NCBI RefSeq assembly: GCF_964355755.1
Contig: NC_092673.1
Coordinates: 29,075,648-29,139,647, forward strand
DNA from: Antedon mediterranea
Taxonomy: Eukaryota > Animalia > Echinodermata
Direction of reading: 5' to 3'
Length of the DNA: 64,000 bases
The translations under genes were made by a program, and so were the position numbers. Of the stretch, positions 48,947-60,773 are shown in pieces. The notes under the pieces are model-generated. The model searched no databases. It saw only the letters and a list, made by a program, of their open reading frames with translations, and was not told the DNA's origin. Within the stretch, counting starts at the first letter, position 1; every line of letters begins with the position of its first letter.

Positions 48947-50115
48947 TTAACTAATAAAAAGTAAGGAATTAACACCAACTACTGTTAACTACCAGAACTT
49001 AAAATCTATCCACCGATTATTCTGAAATAAACAATATTAAATCATTTTATTCTTTTAGAGCAAGTCAGATGTATTAGCATAGAGGCACTCGACACAAATA
49101 GGTTTAAATTGCTCTGACATGTACCAATACAAGTATGTATACATTTCCATTATATATTGGTTAAGAACTATTTAAATTAATAAATAACTAATGGTGCATA
49201 TTACAGGTTTCTTTTTGATGTATTCATTAATGTTATTCAGTATGCAGTGCATAGCATGCCAAATTGCATCACACCGATTGCCCTGTGGTTGTTTTGTTGA
49301 ACAAATAGATTTATTTTCTGCATTGATGGAACTTGTCGCTGCTAAACCTCATCTTGCGATCATGATATACGAGTAAATAATGGAAAGTATTTGGGAAGAT
49401 TTCATTTGGGTATTATTTATCACTTGACATCATAGACATTAGTAATGAGTAATGTCCTCTCTGCAGTTGTACACAGAGAACATACAGTCGTTGTTTAAGA
49501 GCGGTTAATAATATGATAAGCGAGAGAGCTCCTTCAAGAGACGGTATAAGAACTTTTCGTTGTATAGGATCATCTACAAACGTGTGTTTTATATTGCAAT
49601 TTAGCCAACTTTTTAGCCGAATTAACAGTTTTCGAAGCAAACAAAGGTAATAAAGTTGGTAATAAACATAACAATTGACAGATTGCAATTGTTCTTAAGC
49701 TAAATTACTAATAATCTATCATTAATATGTGCATAACCTCGTTAATCTTTCTTTAATATGTATGCAACCTCATTAATTTATCATTTATTTGTACGTGAAC
49801 TATTTAACATGTCGTTTATATGTACGTATCCTCGGGCAGGTCGTTATGTCATGTGACTATATTAACCTGATTTTGATTGTTTTCACTTGAAACATCTTTG
49901 AACTTGAATATCTAATTCATGTAGAATATTTTTACATTACTAGTATTCTCATTATGTATGTGTTTATGTAAACATAAAGTATCTTCATTTTGTTTACATT
50001 AATTTGAATTTTATGATGACTAACAGGTATGAATGCGAGTAACATTAAAGATGTTATACATTAAAAATTTAAAGTGCGAAAATGTGAATACATTAAGTAG
50101 TAATGTTATTCTAAT

Positions 50116-50501
50116 GCTTTGTCTACACTATCAAACTTTATGTGACAAAAAAGGTATCATGTGCCCAAATACGGTAATGATATGACATCATCGTGTCCAT
50201 ATATGGGCACATCACATTTTTTTTTTGTCACATAAAGTTTAATAGTGTAGATAGAGCATAATTTTAATAAGTGTGCAAGTCTCGTTCCCTTCCGGATGTG
50301 TAGTACCAGAGAATTTGTTTGTGATATATTCGAGTTGTACTTGAGGCGTTTCATTATAACAATGTAAGCCTAAAACTATGTCTACACTATCAAAATAGTT
50401 TGACAAAAAAGTGCCCAAATATGGTAGTGATATGACATCATCATATCCATATATAGACACATCACATTTTTGTCACAAAGTTTCATAATGTAGACAGAGC
50501 T
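50116..50501. mobile_element. Two adjacent MITE family A copies (50116-50257 and ~50378-50501)
   Basis: TIR and core matches. Confidence 0.7.
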
Positions 50502-51116
50502 TTAGTGTATAACAAATAAATAATGATCGTAATTTTCTTTCTTGTATTGGTACTCTCTTGTAAAATCGCAATTTTGGAAAAATTTTGCTTTCAATACTTA
50601 GAACATATTATAGTGTGTATATATAGTGTAACTAGAAAACTGCGGACCTGCTTTTTTTTTATAGAATTTGTGCGACCATTAAGAAAGTCCCTAGCTAACA
50701 TAAAACTGGTTTATATTAAATGAGAAATGTTTTCGGATGGTTGGGTTTATCTAGGCATCTTCTTTTATTATGGTCATCTTAAATCCTGGGTTTCTGCTTT
50801 CAAATGTTATGTATTTCTAATTTAAAACTTGTCAGGTTTTGAGGATGTTGATATAATACGACCTACTAATAAACTTTTATGAGACGAACGGAAATAATAA
50901 TAAAATAAGTAATGATAATACATGTAACTGATCTCTGGTAAATATAAGACGTATCGAAAAAGATACAGAATGTGCGTTTTAAGTTTCTGCTTAATTGAAT
51001 ATAAAGGTGAGACAACTTGAATAAAAAAAGTAACATGATCAAATTACTGATTATTAACCGTCAATATTCCCTAACGCGATAGTGTGAATTATAATCTTGT
51101 TAGCTTCATGCTTCAA

Positions 51117-51274
51117 AGCTCTGACTACACTAACAAATCAGTTTGACAAAAAAAGTGTGATGTGTGTTCATATATCGTAAGGATATGCTTAAATATGGTA
51201 CTGATATGACATGATCGTGTCCATATAATGGGCACATCACATTTTTTGTCACATAAAGTTTGATAGTGTAGACA
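51117..51274. mobile_element. MITE family A copy
   Basis: AGCTCTGACTACAC...GATAGTGTAGACA. Confidence 0.7.
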
Positions 51275-51386
51275 ACTAAATCTAAAAAGCTTTGGTACTC
51301 AATGTTTCGGAGAAAAACACCTCGTGAATATTACTGCTCATTCGTCTATTTACACGGCAACGATAGGTCCAAGTTTGGATTGTAAA

Positions 51387-51519
51387 AGCTTCGTTCCCAC
51401 TAGGACGTAATCTGCCCAATCACATGCGATGGATTATTCGAACTGTCACTTGTCATTGGTCAAAGCGCTTGCGTTGCGCTTACGTCCTTGCGTTACGTCC
51501 TAGTGGGGGACCCTAAGCT
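51387..51519. mobile_element. Harbinger-like MITE family B copy
   Basis: AGCTTCGTTCCCACTAGGACGTAA...TTACGTCCTAGTGGGGGACCCTAAGCT. Confidence 0.7.
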
Positions 51520-52459
51520 TAATACGTACATTCATCTACTTACACGGCAACGAAAGGTGGTTGTTGATATTAATTTAGCCCTCCTATCATATAATATCCT
51601 TCATGATATAAATGTACGCTACATGTTTTTATTGTTTTATCAAGGCTTCTGTATCCCCCTCCCCCCTTCACCTAATAGTTGATGATTGCGGCGGATAACG
51701 GATCGATTATGAACAGTTCATAAGAACCTCGGTTTCCGCAAAGTGGTCTTGTTTTTGTTGAGAATTTGTTGTCATTAGTATTAATTTTAAAAGAACCGAA
51801 CTAATCTATAATTGTCAACATTTAAAATCCATTTAAATTTATTGAAAGTTACTGATTTGTCGCAAACACAATACTGAAAGACGCATATTGAGTATTTTTA
51901 TTTCAAGTCGTAAAATAATGTGTTTCTCTAAAAGGCGAACAATACATTAATACTACGGTATTCAACTACAAAATTAGATTTTCTGTCTGCTAGAATAGAA
52001 ATGACAGGCTTTTGTATCAGGTCCATTTATAACCGTGTAGTGTTTTGGCTCCGAATTGGTTCGACCAATTATCAGTACAGTTTGCGCAAGCGCGGTGAAC
52101 ATGAATGGAATTAAAACAGACGTTAACATTTTATAGAGATCTTTGTCGATAAGTTCTCCGTGAAACGCGGTCATGTTCACACAGCTTTTCTACACTCACT
52201 CACTCACTTGTAATATTTTAATATATTCTTCGTGTTTTTTTCTGAATATTTACGGCAAGTTTGATTAACGTTTTCGTGTGATTGAACGAACGATTTTATC
52301 TGCAAGTCTTTGAGGTAAAAACATTGTTGAACGAACGGTATATTTTCTTTTGAGGTAAAAAACATTGTTTTTGTAAATGTATAATAAGTACAATTTAACA
52401 AAATTATTTTTTGTAGAAACATATGCCTAAATATTGGTAGTTTTATTTTGAAGGTAACT

Positions 52460-52993
52460 ATGGAACGCTCACTAGTCGTTAGCAGTTTGTTGCTTGTTCT
52501 GGCCTTCGCTTACGTTACGGCACTTCCGGAAAAAGACCTATTTGATAATGAAGAAGACGGTAGTGGAACCACGGTAAAGGTTTCCGCCAACACAAACACG
52601 GACCTAAAGCCAGATGATCAGCTGTCGACAGTGGCATTAAAGGATATTTTAGAGTTGGAAAGTCCAGAAGTTGCAACGGTGTGGCAGACCTCTCCAGATG
52701 AAACGGTAACGGAAGAAGTATCAGAAGAAGGAACAGTTCCGGAAGAAGGAAAGGTTCCGGAAGAAGAAACAGTTTCGAAAGAGGAAAGAGTTCCGGAAGA
52801 AGGAAAAGTTCCAGAAGAGGTGACAGAAGATGATAACAAAACTGATGAAAATAAAAAATCTCCACCAAAAGATGGTCATAAAAGTTCGGCACCTGTTCAT
52901 GCGAGGTACAAAAAACTCTATAGATGGGTGGATAAGACTGGTAAATGCTTATGCAAAGCAATTGCGCGAAAAGTTGGCATTTGTACGTGCTGA
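52460..52993 (+). CDS. Secreted prepro-peptide (177 aa): signal peptide, acidic repeat pro-region, cationic 4-Cys C-terminal peptide; candidate antimicrobial peptide precursor
   Basis: Acceptor ttttattttgaag|gtaactATG; MERSLVVSSLLLVLAFAYVTA signal peptide; EEDGSG; (EEGKVP)n-type repeats; ...VHAR-YKKLYRWVDKTGKCLCKAIARKVGICTC*; GC content above the flanks. Confidence 0.75.
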   Translation: MERSLVVSSLLLVLAFAYVTALPEKDLFDNEEDGSGTTVKVSANTNTDLKPDDQLSTVALKDILELESPEVATVWQTSPDETVTEEVSEEGTVPEEGKVPEEETVSKEERVPEEGKVPEEVTEDDNKTDENKKSPPKDGHKSSAPVHARYKKLYRWVDKTGKCLCKAIARKVGICTC

Positions 52994-54811
52994 TCGTCGA
53001 TTCTAATTTCTGGATATTTTTAGTCACATTTTTATTTGTTATCAACTATTGCATGTTGTCGTATGTCGTAGATACTGTGACTGTTCGTTAATTACCAGTA
53101 CTATGTCATTAATGTTATAGGAACTGTTCCTGAAAGTTTCGAAGATTTACTTGTCATTTGGACATACACGCTAAAGGTTTTTTACCGTATGCAAGATATC
53201 GGTCAGATGTATCACAAATTAATCGCCTGTTGAATTAATACACGTTTACTTTCAATCTGCATCTGATACTGTATTTAATTAACATATGTAGGCTACACAC
53301 TTACTTACAGTAGTTCAACGTATATGTGTATAAGAACATAGGTCTTACTTAGTACTCAAGCCAATATGGACTATATACTTACTTAATTAGTTCAATCTTG
53401 TACTGTATTTAAGTAACACATGTATAGGCTATATACTCACTTAGCTTCAACGTGTATACATATAACAACGTAAGGTTGTCTCACTTAGTTTCAAATTTTG
53501 TACTGTATTTAAAATGTGAGCTAAATACTTACTTAGTTCAATAATAGTACTGTACTGTATTAAGTAACACATCTGTGAGCTACATAGGCCTACTTATTTA
53601 AAATCTAGTACTGTATTTAAGTAGAACGACATATTACTTAGTTTCAAGTAGCATGTAGAAGGCTACTGTTTTAGTACAGGTACATATTTGATTCAATTTT
53701 AACATTTGTGAAAACATCATATCGTTTCGGTACAACGTGAAATCGGTTGCAAGAAAAATAGTATCTGAAATATAACGATTTTGCTACAATATCGTCGATT
53801 CTTAATAGAAAATCGACTGTGATATTTTAATGATATATCGTTTAGTATTCTTTGCTTTATCACGTGCTTAAACTGAGAAGCAATTTGCGCCATGATTTAT
53901 CACTGGTGACTAATGTAATCCGACGGGAACCAAAAGTAGTTCCAAAGGCTTCAATTGCTTTTGTTTTATGAAGTCGTAAGGTGCCAACGCAAGAAACAAT
54001 AACAATGTTAGCAATATAGATGCTGTTTTAAATGTTTTAGCAGTGTAATTGTCGCCACAAGCGCTAATCAATTTAATGCATGTTTTTTTACAATGTCGTT
54101 TGCGGCTTAATAACATTTCAAACGTTTTAAAAATACAACTATTTGTATTTTATTAAATGGTTCAAAATTATTAAAGGATTGCATTCTACAAGTTAAAGAC
54201 ATTAATGTAAATTTATGTAAGGCCGTTGACTTAAAGGAAGACGCTTCAATATAAAGTGTTCTGACGTGTCTTGGATGGCATCGTATTTCTCGCATAAACC
54301 GATAGTATTTCATGTCATATTAATATCGTTATATAAAATTGTGATTATTATATACAATATATTTCAGAATTTATGTGTGGCGTATTAAGGTTCGATTAGG
54401 CACAACAAGTAACCAGGATAAAAAAAGAAATATGAAACGGGATTAGAACAAGAGAAGAGAAATGAAATGTATTTAGGTAACATGCACAGAAGAAAACCTA
54501 CATGCGTAACTTAGAATTAAGATACTAAGTTGGATTACGGGCACAACACCCCCCCCCCCCCAATAACTGACTAACTTAACTACCTTAAACTTCATGAATT
54601 TGTGTGTTATATATTATTAGTTATTTTGCGCTAAATAGTACGTACTATTGCACGTCATGTGGCCCACAATTTATTTAGGTAATAATTAGTTATTGTGCGC
54701 ATTCATAAAAGTGTGTAGGCCCATAGAATATATTGAGTTATATTTATTTAATTATTGTTGGAGTAGTAAAAATAATACTAAAATCCAACCACATTTGTCG
54801 TCTTTTTCATA

Positions 54812-54970
54812 ATTTTCCGCGCATTTTTCATCATTCCCCGCGCCTTTTTCATCATTCCCCGCGCCTTTTCGTCATTCTCCGCGCCTTTTTCATCATTCTC
54901 CGCGCCTTTTTAATCATTCTCCGCGCTTTTTCATCATTCTCCGCGGTTTTTCATCATTCTCCGCCCCTTT
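54812..54970. repeat. ~20-bp minisatellite (TCATCATTCTCCGCGCCTTTT-type)
   Basis: About 7 tandem units. Confidence 0.85.
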
Positions 54971-55618
54971 TTAATAAACTATACTCTAAATTCATTCCAA
55001 TGTTTTTTGTAAGAAAATGAAATGTGACGAATACTAGAAATAATTATTCATGCCTCGGGATCGTTGATATTTCTTAGACAATTTACGTGTTTCAATATAT
55101 TGCATTCAATTTAATGGTTTGATTATTCCCATTTATTTTCTAATATCTCATGTGTTTTATTCATATTTTCAGTTACAAAAAATTAGCCCAACAATCTGAA
55201 CTCTGCGGCCACAAAAATATGGTTAGAATTGAACCACGTGTAACCTACTTACTCAAATTCAGCTTATCAAAAACATTCAAGGCAAAAAAGAAGAGCTATG
55301 TTCTTTTCAAGTCTTATATACATGCATATAAAACCATCCATTTGTATTTATATATTGCCAGTTATGATCATAATATTGAAGTAAAATATGTTGTTTTTAC
55401 GAGTCTGTATTTTATAGATTCTCTAAGGAACATTCTTCGCTACTGATCTTACCGATTTAAGAAAGTTTTTCTCTGCTCCATGGCCACAAATTATATTGCC
55501 TTTGATGGCCCATATCAATTTCAAAAATCGTTTTCCTACATAAAAAATAATATTATTTCACAATTCAACTGCAATATTGCTTAAACACACAGTATTCATT
55601 ACCATTTACCACCAGTTA

Positions 55619-57936
55619 CAATAGCATAATAAACATGCACAGAGTCGAATATTGGGTTCTGCGCATGATAATTAGACTATCCTTTATTTTTTGCCATAAA
55701 TAGTTACTATAGCATAATAAACATACTATTGGGATCTGCGCATGTCAATTATGCTATACTAACTAGTTTTATCGGAAAATAAAAAGGTCGAAATTTGGTC
55801 ATTTTTTGAAAAAATCCCTGTACTATAGTACAGAAAATTTTTCGAAAAATTACCATTTTTTGACCCTTTTATTTTATGACATAAATAGTTACTATAGCAT
55901 AATAAACATGCGCAGAGTCGAATATTGGGTTCTGCGCATGTCAATTAGGCTATCCTTTTATTTTTTGACATAAATAGGTACTATAGCATAATAAACATGC
56001 ACAGAGTCGAATATCGGGATCTGCGCATGTCAATTATGCTATACTTACTAGTTTTATCGGAAAATAAAAAGGTCGACATTTGGTCATTTTTTGAAAAAAT
56101 CCCTGTACTATAGTACAGGGAAATTTTCGAAAAATTACCATTTTTCGACCCTTTTATTTTATGACATAAATAGTTACTATAGCATAATAAACATGCGCAG
56201 AGTCGAATATTGGGTTCTGCGCTTGTCAATTAGGCTATCCTTATATTTTTTGACATAAATAGTTACTATAGCATAATAAACATGCGCAGAAATATAGCAT
56301 AATAAACATGCGCAGAATCGAATATCGGGATCTGCGCATGTCAATTATGTTATACTAACTAGTTTTATCAAGAAATATAAAGGTCGAAATTTGGTCATTT
56401 TTTGAAAAAAATCCTTGTACTATAGTACAGGGGATTTTTCGAAAAATGGCCATTTTGGACCCTTTTTATTTTATGACATAAATAGTTACTATAGCATAAT
56501 AAACATGCGCAGAGTCAAATATTGGGTTCTGCGCATGTCAATTAGGCTATCCTTATATTTTTTGACATAAATAGTTACTATAGCATACATAAACATGCGC
56601 AGAATCGAATATCGGGATCTGCGCATGTCAATTATGTTATACTAACTAGACATAAATAGTTACTATAGCATAATAAACATGCGCAGAGTCGAATATTGGG
56701 TTCTGCGCATGTCAATTAGGCTATCCTTTTATTTTTTGACATAAATAGTTACTATAGCATAATAAACATGCGCAGAGCCTAAAATCGGGATCTGCGCATG
56801 TCAATTATCCTATACTAACTAGTTTTATCAAGAAATATAAAGGTCGAACTCTGGTCATTTTTTGGAAAAAATCCTTGTACTATAGTTCAGGGAAATTTTC
56901 GAAAAATAACCATTTTTCGACCCTTTTATTTTATGACATAAATAGTTACTATAGCATAATAAACATGCGCAGAATCGAATATCGGGATCTGCGCATGTCA
57001 ATTATGTTATACTAACTAGTTTTATCAAGAAATATAAAGGTCGAAATTTGGTCATTTTTTGAAAAAAATCCTTGTACTATAGTACAGGGGATTTTTCGAA
57101 AAATGGCCATTTTCGACCCTTTTTATTTTATGACATAAATAGTTACTATAGCATAATAAACATGCGCAGAGTCAAATATTGGGTTCTGCGCATGTCAATT
57201 AGGCTATCCTTATATTTTTTGACATAAATAGTTACTATAGCATAATAAACATGCGCAGAATCGAATATCGGGATCTGCGCATGTCAATTATGTTATACTA
57301 ACTAGACATAAATAGTTACTATAGCATAATAAACATGCGCAGAGTCGAATATTGGGTTCTGCGCATGTCAATTAGGCTATCCTTTTATTTTTTGACATAA
57401 ATAGTTACTATAGCATAATAAACATGCGCAGAGCCTAAAATCGGGATCTGCGCATGTCAATTATGCTATACTAACTAGTTTTATCAAGAAATATAAAGGT
57501 CGAACTCTGGTCATTTTTTGGAAAAAATCCTTGTACTATAGTTCAGGGAAATTTTCGAAAAATAACCATTTTTCGACCCTTTTATTTTATGACATAAATA
57601 GTTACTATAGCATAATAAACATGCGCAGAATCGAATATCGGGATCTGCGCATGTCAATTATGTTATACTAACTAGACATAAATAGTTACTATAGCATAAT
57701 AAACATGCGCAGAGTCGAATATTGTGTTCTGCGCATGTCAATTAGGCTATCCTTTTATTTTTTGACATAAATAGTTACTATAGCATAATAAACATGCGCA
57801 CAGCCGAATATTGGGATCTGCGCATGTCAATTATGCTATACTAACTAGTTTTATCGGAAAATAAAAAGGTCGAAATTTTTACATTTTTTGAAAAAATCCC
57901 TGTACTATAGTACAGGGACATTTTCGAAAAATGACC
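55619..57936. repeat. Higher-order satellite built from palindromic modules
   Basis: ~75-80-bp subunits (gacataaatagttactatagcataataaaCATGCGCAGA-N13-TCTGCGCATGtcaatt) interleaved with a ~100-bp module containing gtactatagtac and ttttcgaaaa. Confidence 0.9.
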
Positions 57937-58257
57937 TCTATTTACAACAATGGCTCTTTATTGTTCGACATATAACATATAACAATTTTCAAAACAAATT
58001 TTGAAGACAAATTTTTAAATTTTTTTTTATATGCATAAACAATATCGCATCATTTAAAAAAATCATTATATATTGTTATTTCTCATAATTTTGCTTTAGT
58101 GGTTTATTACTACAAAACTTAATATATGAACAATAACCAACATATGCATGTAAATTAAACTTTACCGACTTTAAAATCAATGAATACTAGTAACACATAA
58201 GACCTTGAGAACTTAACATTCAGATGTCAATATTTCTGTAAGAAAATTTATAAATCA

Positions 58258-58333
58258 ATTGACCATCTTACTATTTGACCATCTTACTATTTGACCATCT
58301 TACTATTTGACCATCTTATTATTTGACCATCTT
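58258..58333. repeat. 14-bp tandem repeat (TTGACCATCTTACTA-type) x5
   Basis: Direct inspection. Confidence 0.85.
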
Positions 58334-58571
58334 GGGACCGGACGGATTGATCATTTTGTTTGGTGTACTCGTATGTCATAGTTCATTGCACATGTTAGAT
58401 CCTGTTGATGATCAAATACAAGACTACATTCAATTGAGACCTGTCATTAACAGTAGAGTAGAATAGTACAATCAAAGCACTGTGTGAATGGGAGTGGATG
58501 TTCGATGGTTTGAAAAAAACCTTTTTTTTTTTCCCCCCTTTCAACTAGAGATTAGCAGAATTATATGCTAA

Positions 58572-58744
58572 AGTGTGATTCACACTAGCGACGCAACACA
58601 GAGATACAAAGTGCTGTCTTGCGTAATCACAAGTGGGAACCGACGACGCAACAGTGCTGCTGCAAACAACGAAGGTTTGATTTTACACAGGTGGGGGAAA
58701 ATTTCTTACGATGCATAGGTTGCGTTGCTAGTGGGAACCAAGCT
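58572..58744. mobile_element. Harbinger-like MITE family B copy
   Basis: cactagcgacgcaac...gttgcgttgctagtgggaaccaagct with taa/tta flanks. Confidence 0.65.
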
Positions 58745-60773
58745 TTAACTGGCCTAGCTTATTATCGATTTCTGTTCCTATTGTGGAAAAAGAACCACCT
58801 GTAAAAATCCTGGCTATGGGCTTACTGTATTGGACAACAGAGCACATAATGTGTTGATAGAGAATATAAAGTCTAATTTTTAGGAAAGTTTTCCAACTGT
58901 TTAAACAGTGAAACCGATATATAATACAATACCTTTCTGTATATTTGAGAATTGCCTAAATTCATCATATAAATATATTCGTTATACAGTATTTAGTTAT
59001 TTTACAAAATGAATTAAAAAGTCTCTTGCATAATTATTACCATATAAAATGTACTTTTTATACATTATAAGAGAAAGAGACAAACTAAAACGAACATCAA
59101 GTAATAAAGAAACACTACTATATAAAACTTATTTTTTTGTCAATCACTATTTTTGCTAATATAGGTGGGAAATGTATCAGGTATAGAAGATATTTAAAGT
59201 GGTTTGTGACAGTATTACAAACACAAACTAACTAAAATGCGGCAATTTATGAATTTAGTTCATATAAGCAATGTCTGTGGATCTAAATCCAAAAAATAAC
59301 TCGCAATACAACCACTTTCTTCACACCCCACCCCAAATTATTTTAAAAATTCTTATTTACAAAATATGTTTACAAACACAGTATAGATCTTGGTTTTATG
59401 TAATACTTTACTAAATATATATATGCAACGATTTACAACACTCTATTTTATGTATAAAATATTTATTTTTTGTGGATAACTACCCGATTTGTCTTTGTAC
59501 TGTATCTCAAAATATGCCCAGTATCAAAGGTAAATTCTGTATACAATATCATATGTATCACATGTAGCCTGTATTATGTTAAGGTTAAGTATAGGGCCTA
59601 TGATACAGGTGATGTATATGTCACACTGTAATACAGCGTTTGCCTATGATACTGCGAACAATCAAGAATTGTTTGTACACCAATCACTGTATTTTCTAAA
59701 TTTATATTTAAATATATTTCAGCAACATACTTTACAACTATTTCAATATATTTACAAATATTTGGTCACAAAACTAAGAAAATATATATCTTATTACTAT
59801 TTTCAACTAAAAACACATCAGATACAATATGAATACAAATAAAGGACTACAAATAATGTGATGTCATAACCTTTGACCTTGATACTTTAACAAATCTTAT
59901 GAAATTTTTAAACCATTCCAAAGATATTACAGTATGTACCTGTACCTCTACTGAACTATATGCCTATTACAAATTATTCTCACACAAGACTGGAATTACA
60001 CAAGTATTCACCTTTGACATGACATGTATTCACCTTTGACATGACATATATAACCTTTGACACCACATAGATGTAACCTTTGACAATCAATTGCTCTAAC
60101 TTTTGCCATAGTGTGTGCGATAACTGTATCGAAAAACATTTTTATTTTGGATACATTGCCTAGACAGGCGTACAAGGTGCTGTCGTTTTTAAACAAGGCA
60201 CTCAAACTTTTTAATTATAAAATACATCACTGCATACAAATGTACAAATATATCTTAAATTGGATAATTTAACACAATATTAAAGCAAAAAAAAGTCAGT
60301 GGAATGATTGTTGCCAAGGTAATTAGTGATACGTTGATACTAACTATGAACATTAATTTAAGGCTCAGTTTTTGGTCACAAATCAATCTTTTCTTTTTTT
60401 AAATATCAAATTGAATCCTTTAAGGCAAAGATCACTGTGGTCATACAATGTGGTTTCTGGAAACACAGGTTCTAAACAAATTGGTTCTATTTTAAACCAA
60501 ATTGGATCACCTAAGGTATTCCTACTTCAGCCTGATTTGTATAACATTTAAAAAGCAATTTTAGAGAAAAATGAACTTCACTAAATGCCTCTACTGACAC
60601 ATAGATTCATCCAAATGAAGGAGAAAGCAAAATCAGGTTTGATGTTCTTTACAGCAACCAACTTCATTATGTATTCAGATAATTGACAGCTTGGACACCA
60701 AGAACATTCAGTATTCAAGTTGTTTAAATGCATGATGTGGCATCACTATGGCGACACGAGTCAAGGTTGTGAT

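Noticed and set aside
52515-53045. 176-aa minus-strand ORF
   Set aside because: Antisense shadow of the acidic-repeat secreted protein.
55619-57936. CRISPR-like look (palindromic repeats with spacers)
   Set aside because: The spacers are themselves repeated, there are no cas genes, and the context is eukaryotic.
60005-60090. Four acctttgaca motifs downstream of the NEK stop (TCF or nuclear-receptor-like sites)
   Set aside because: Explained as a short ~21-bp degenerate tandem repeat; no evidence of function.
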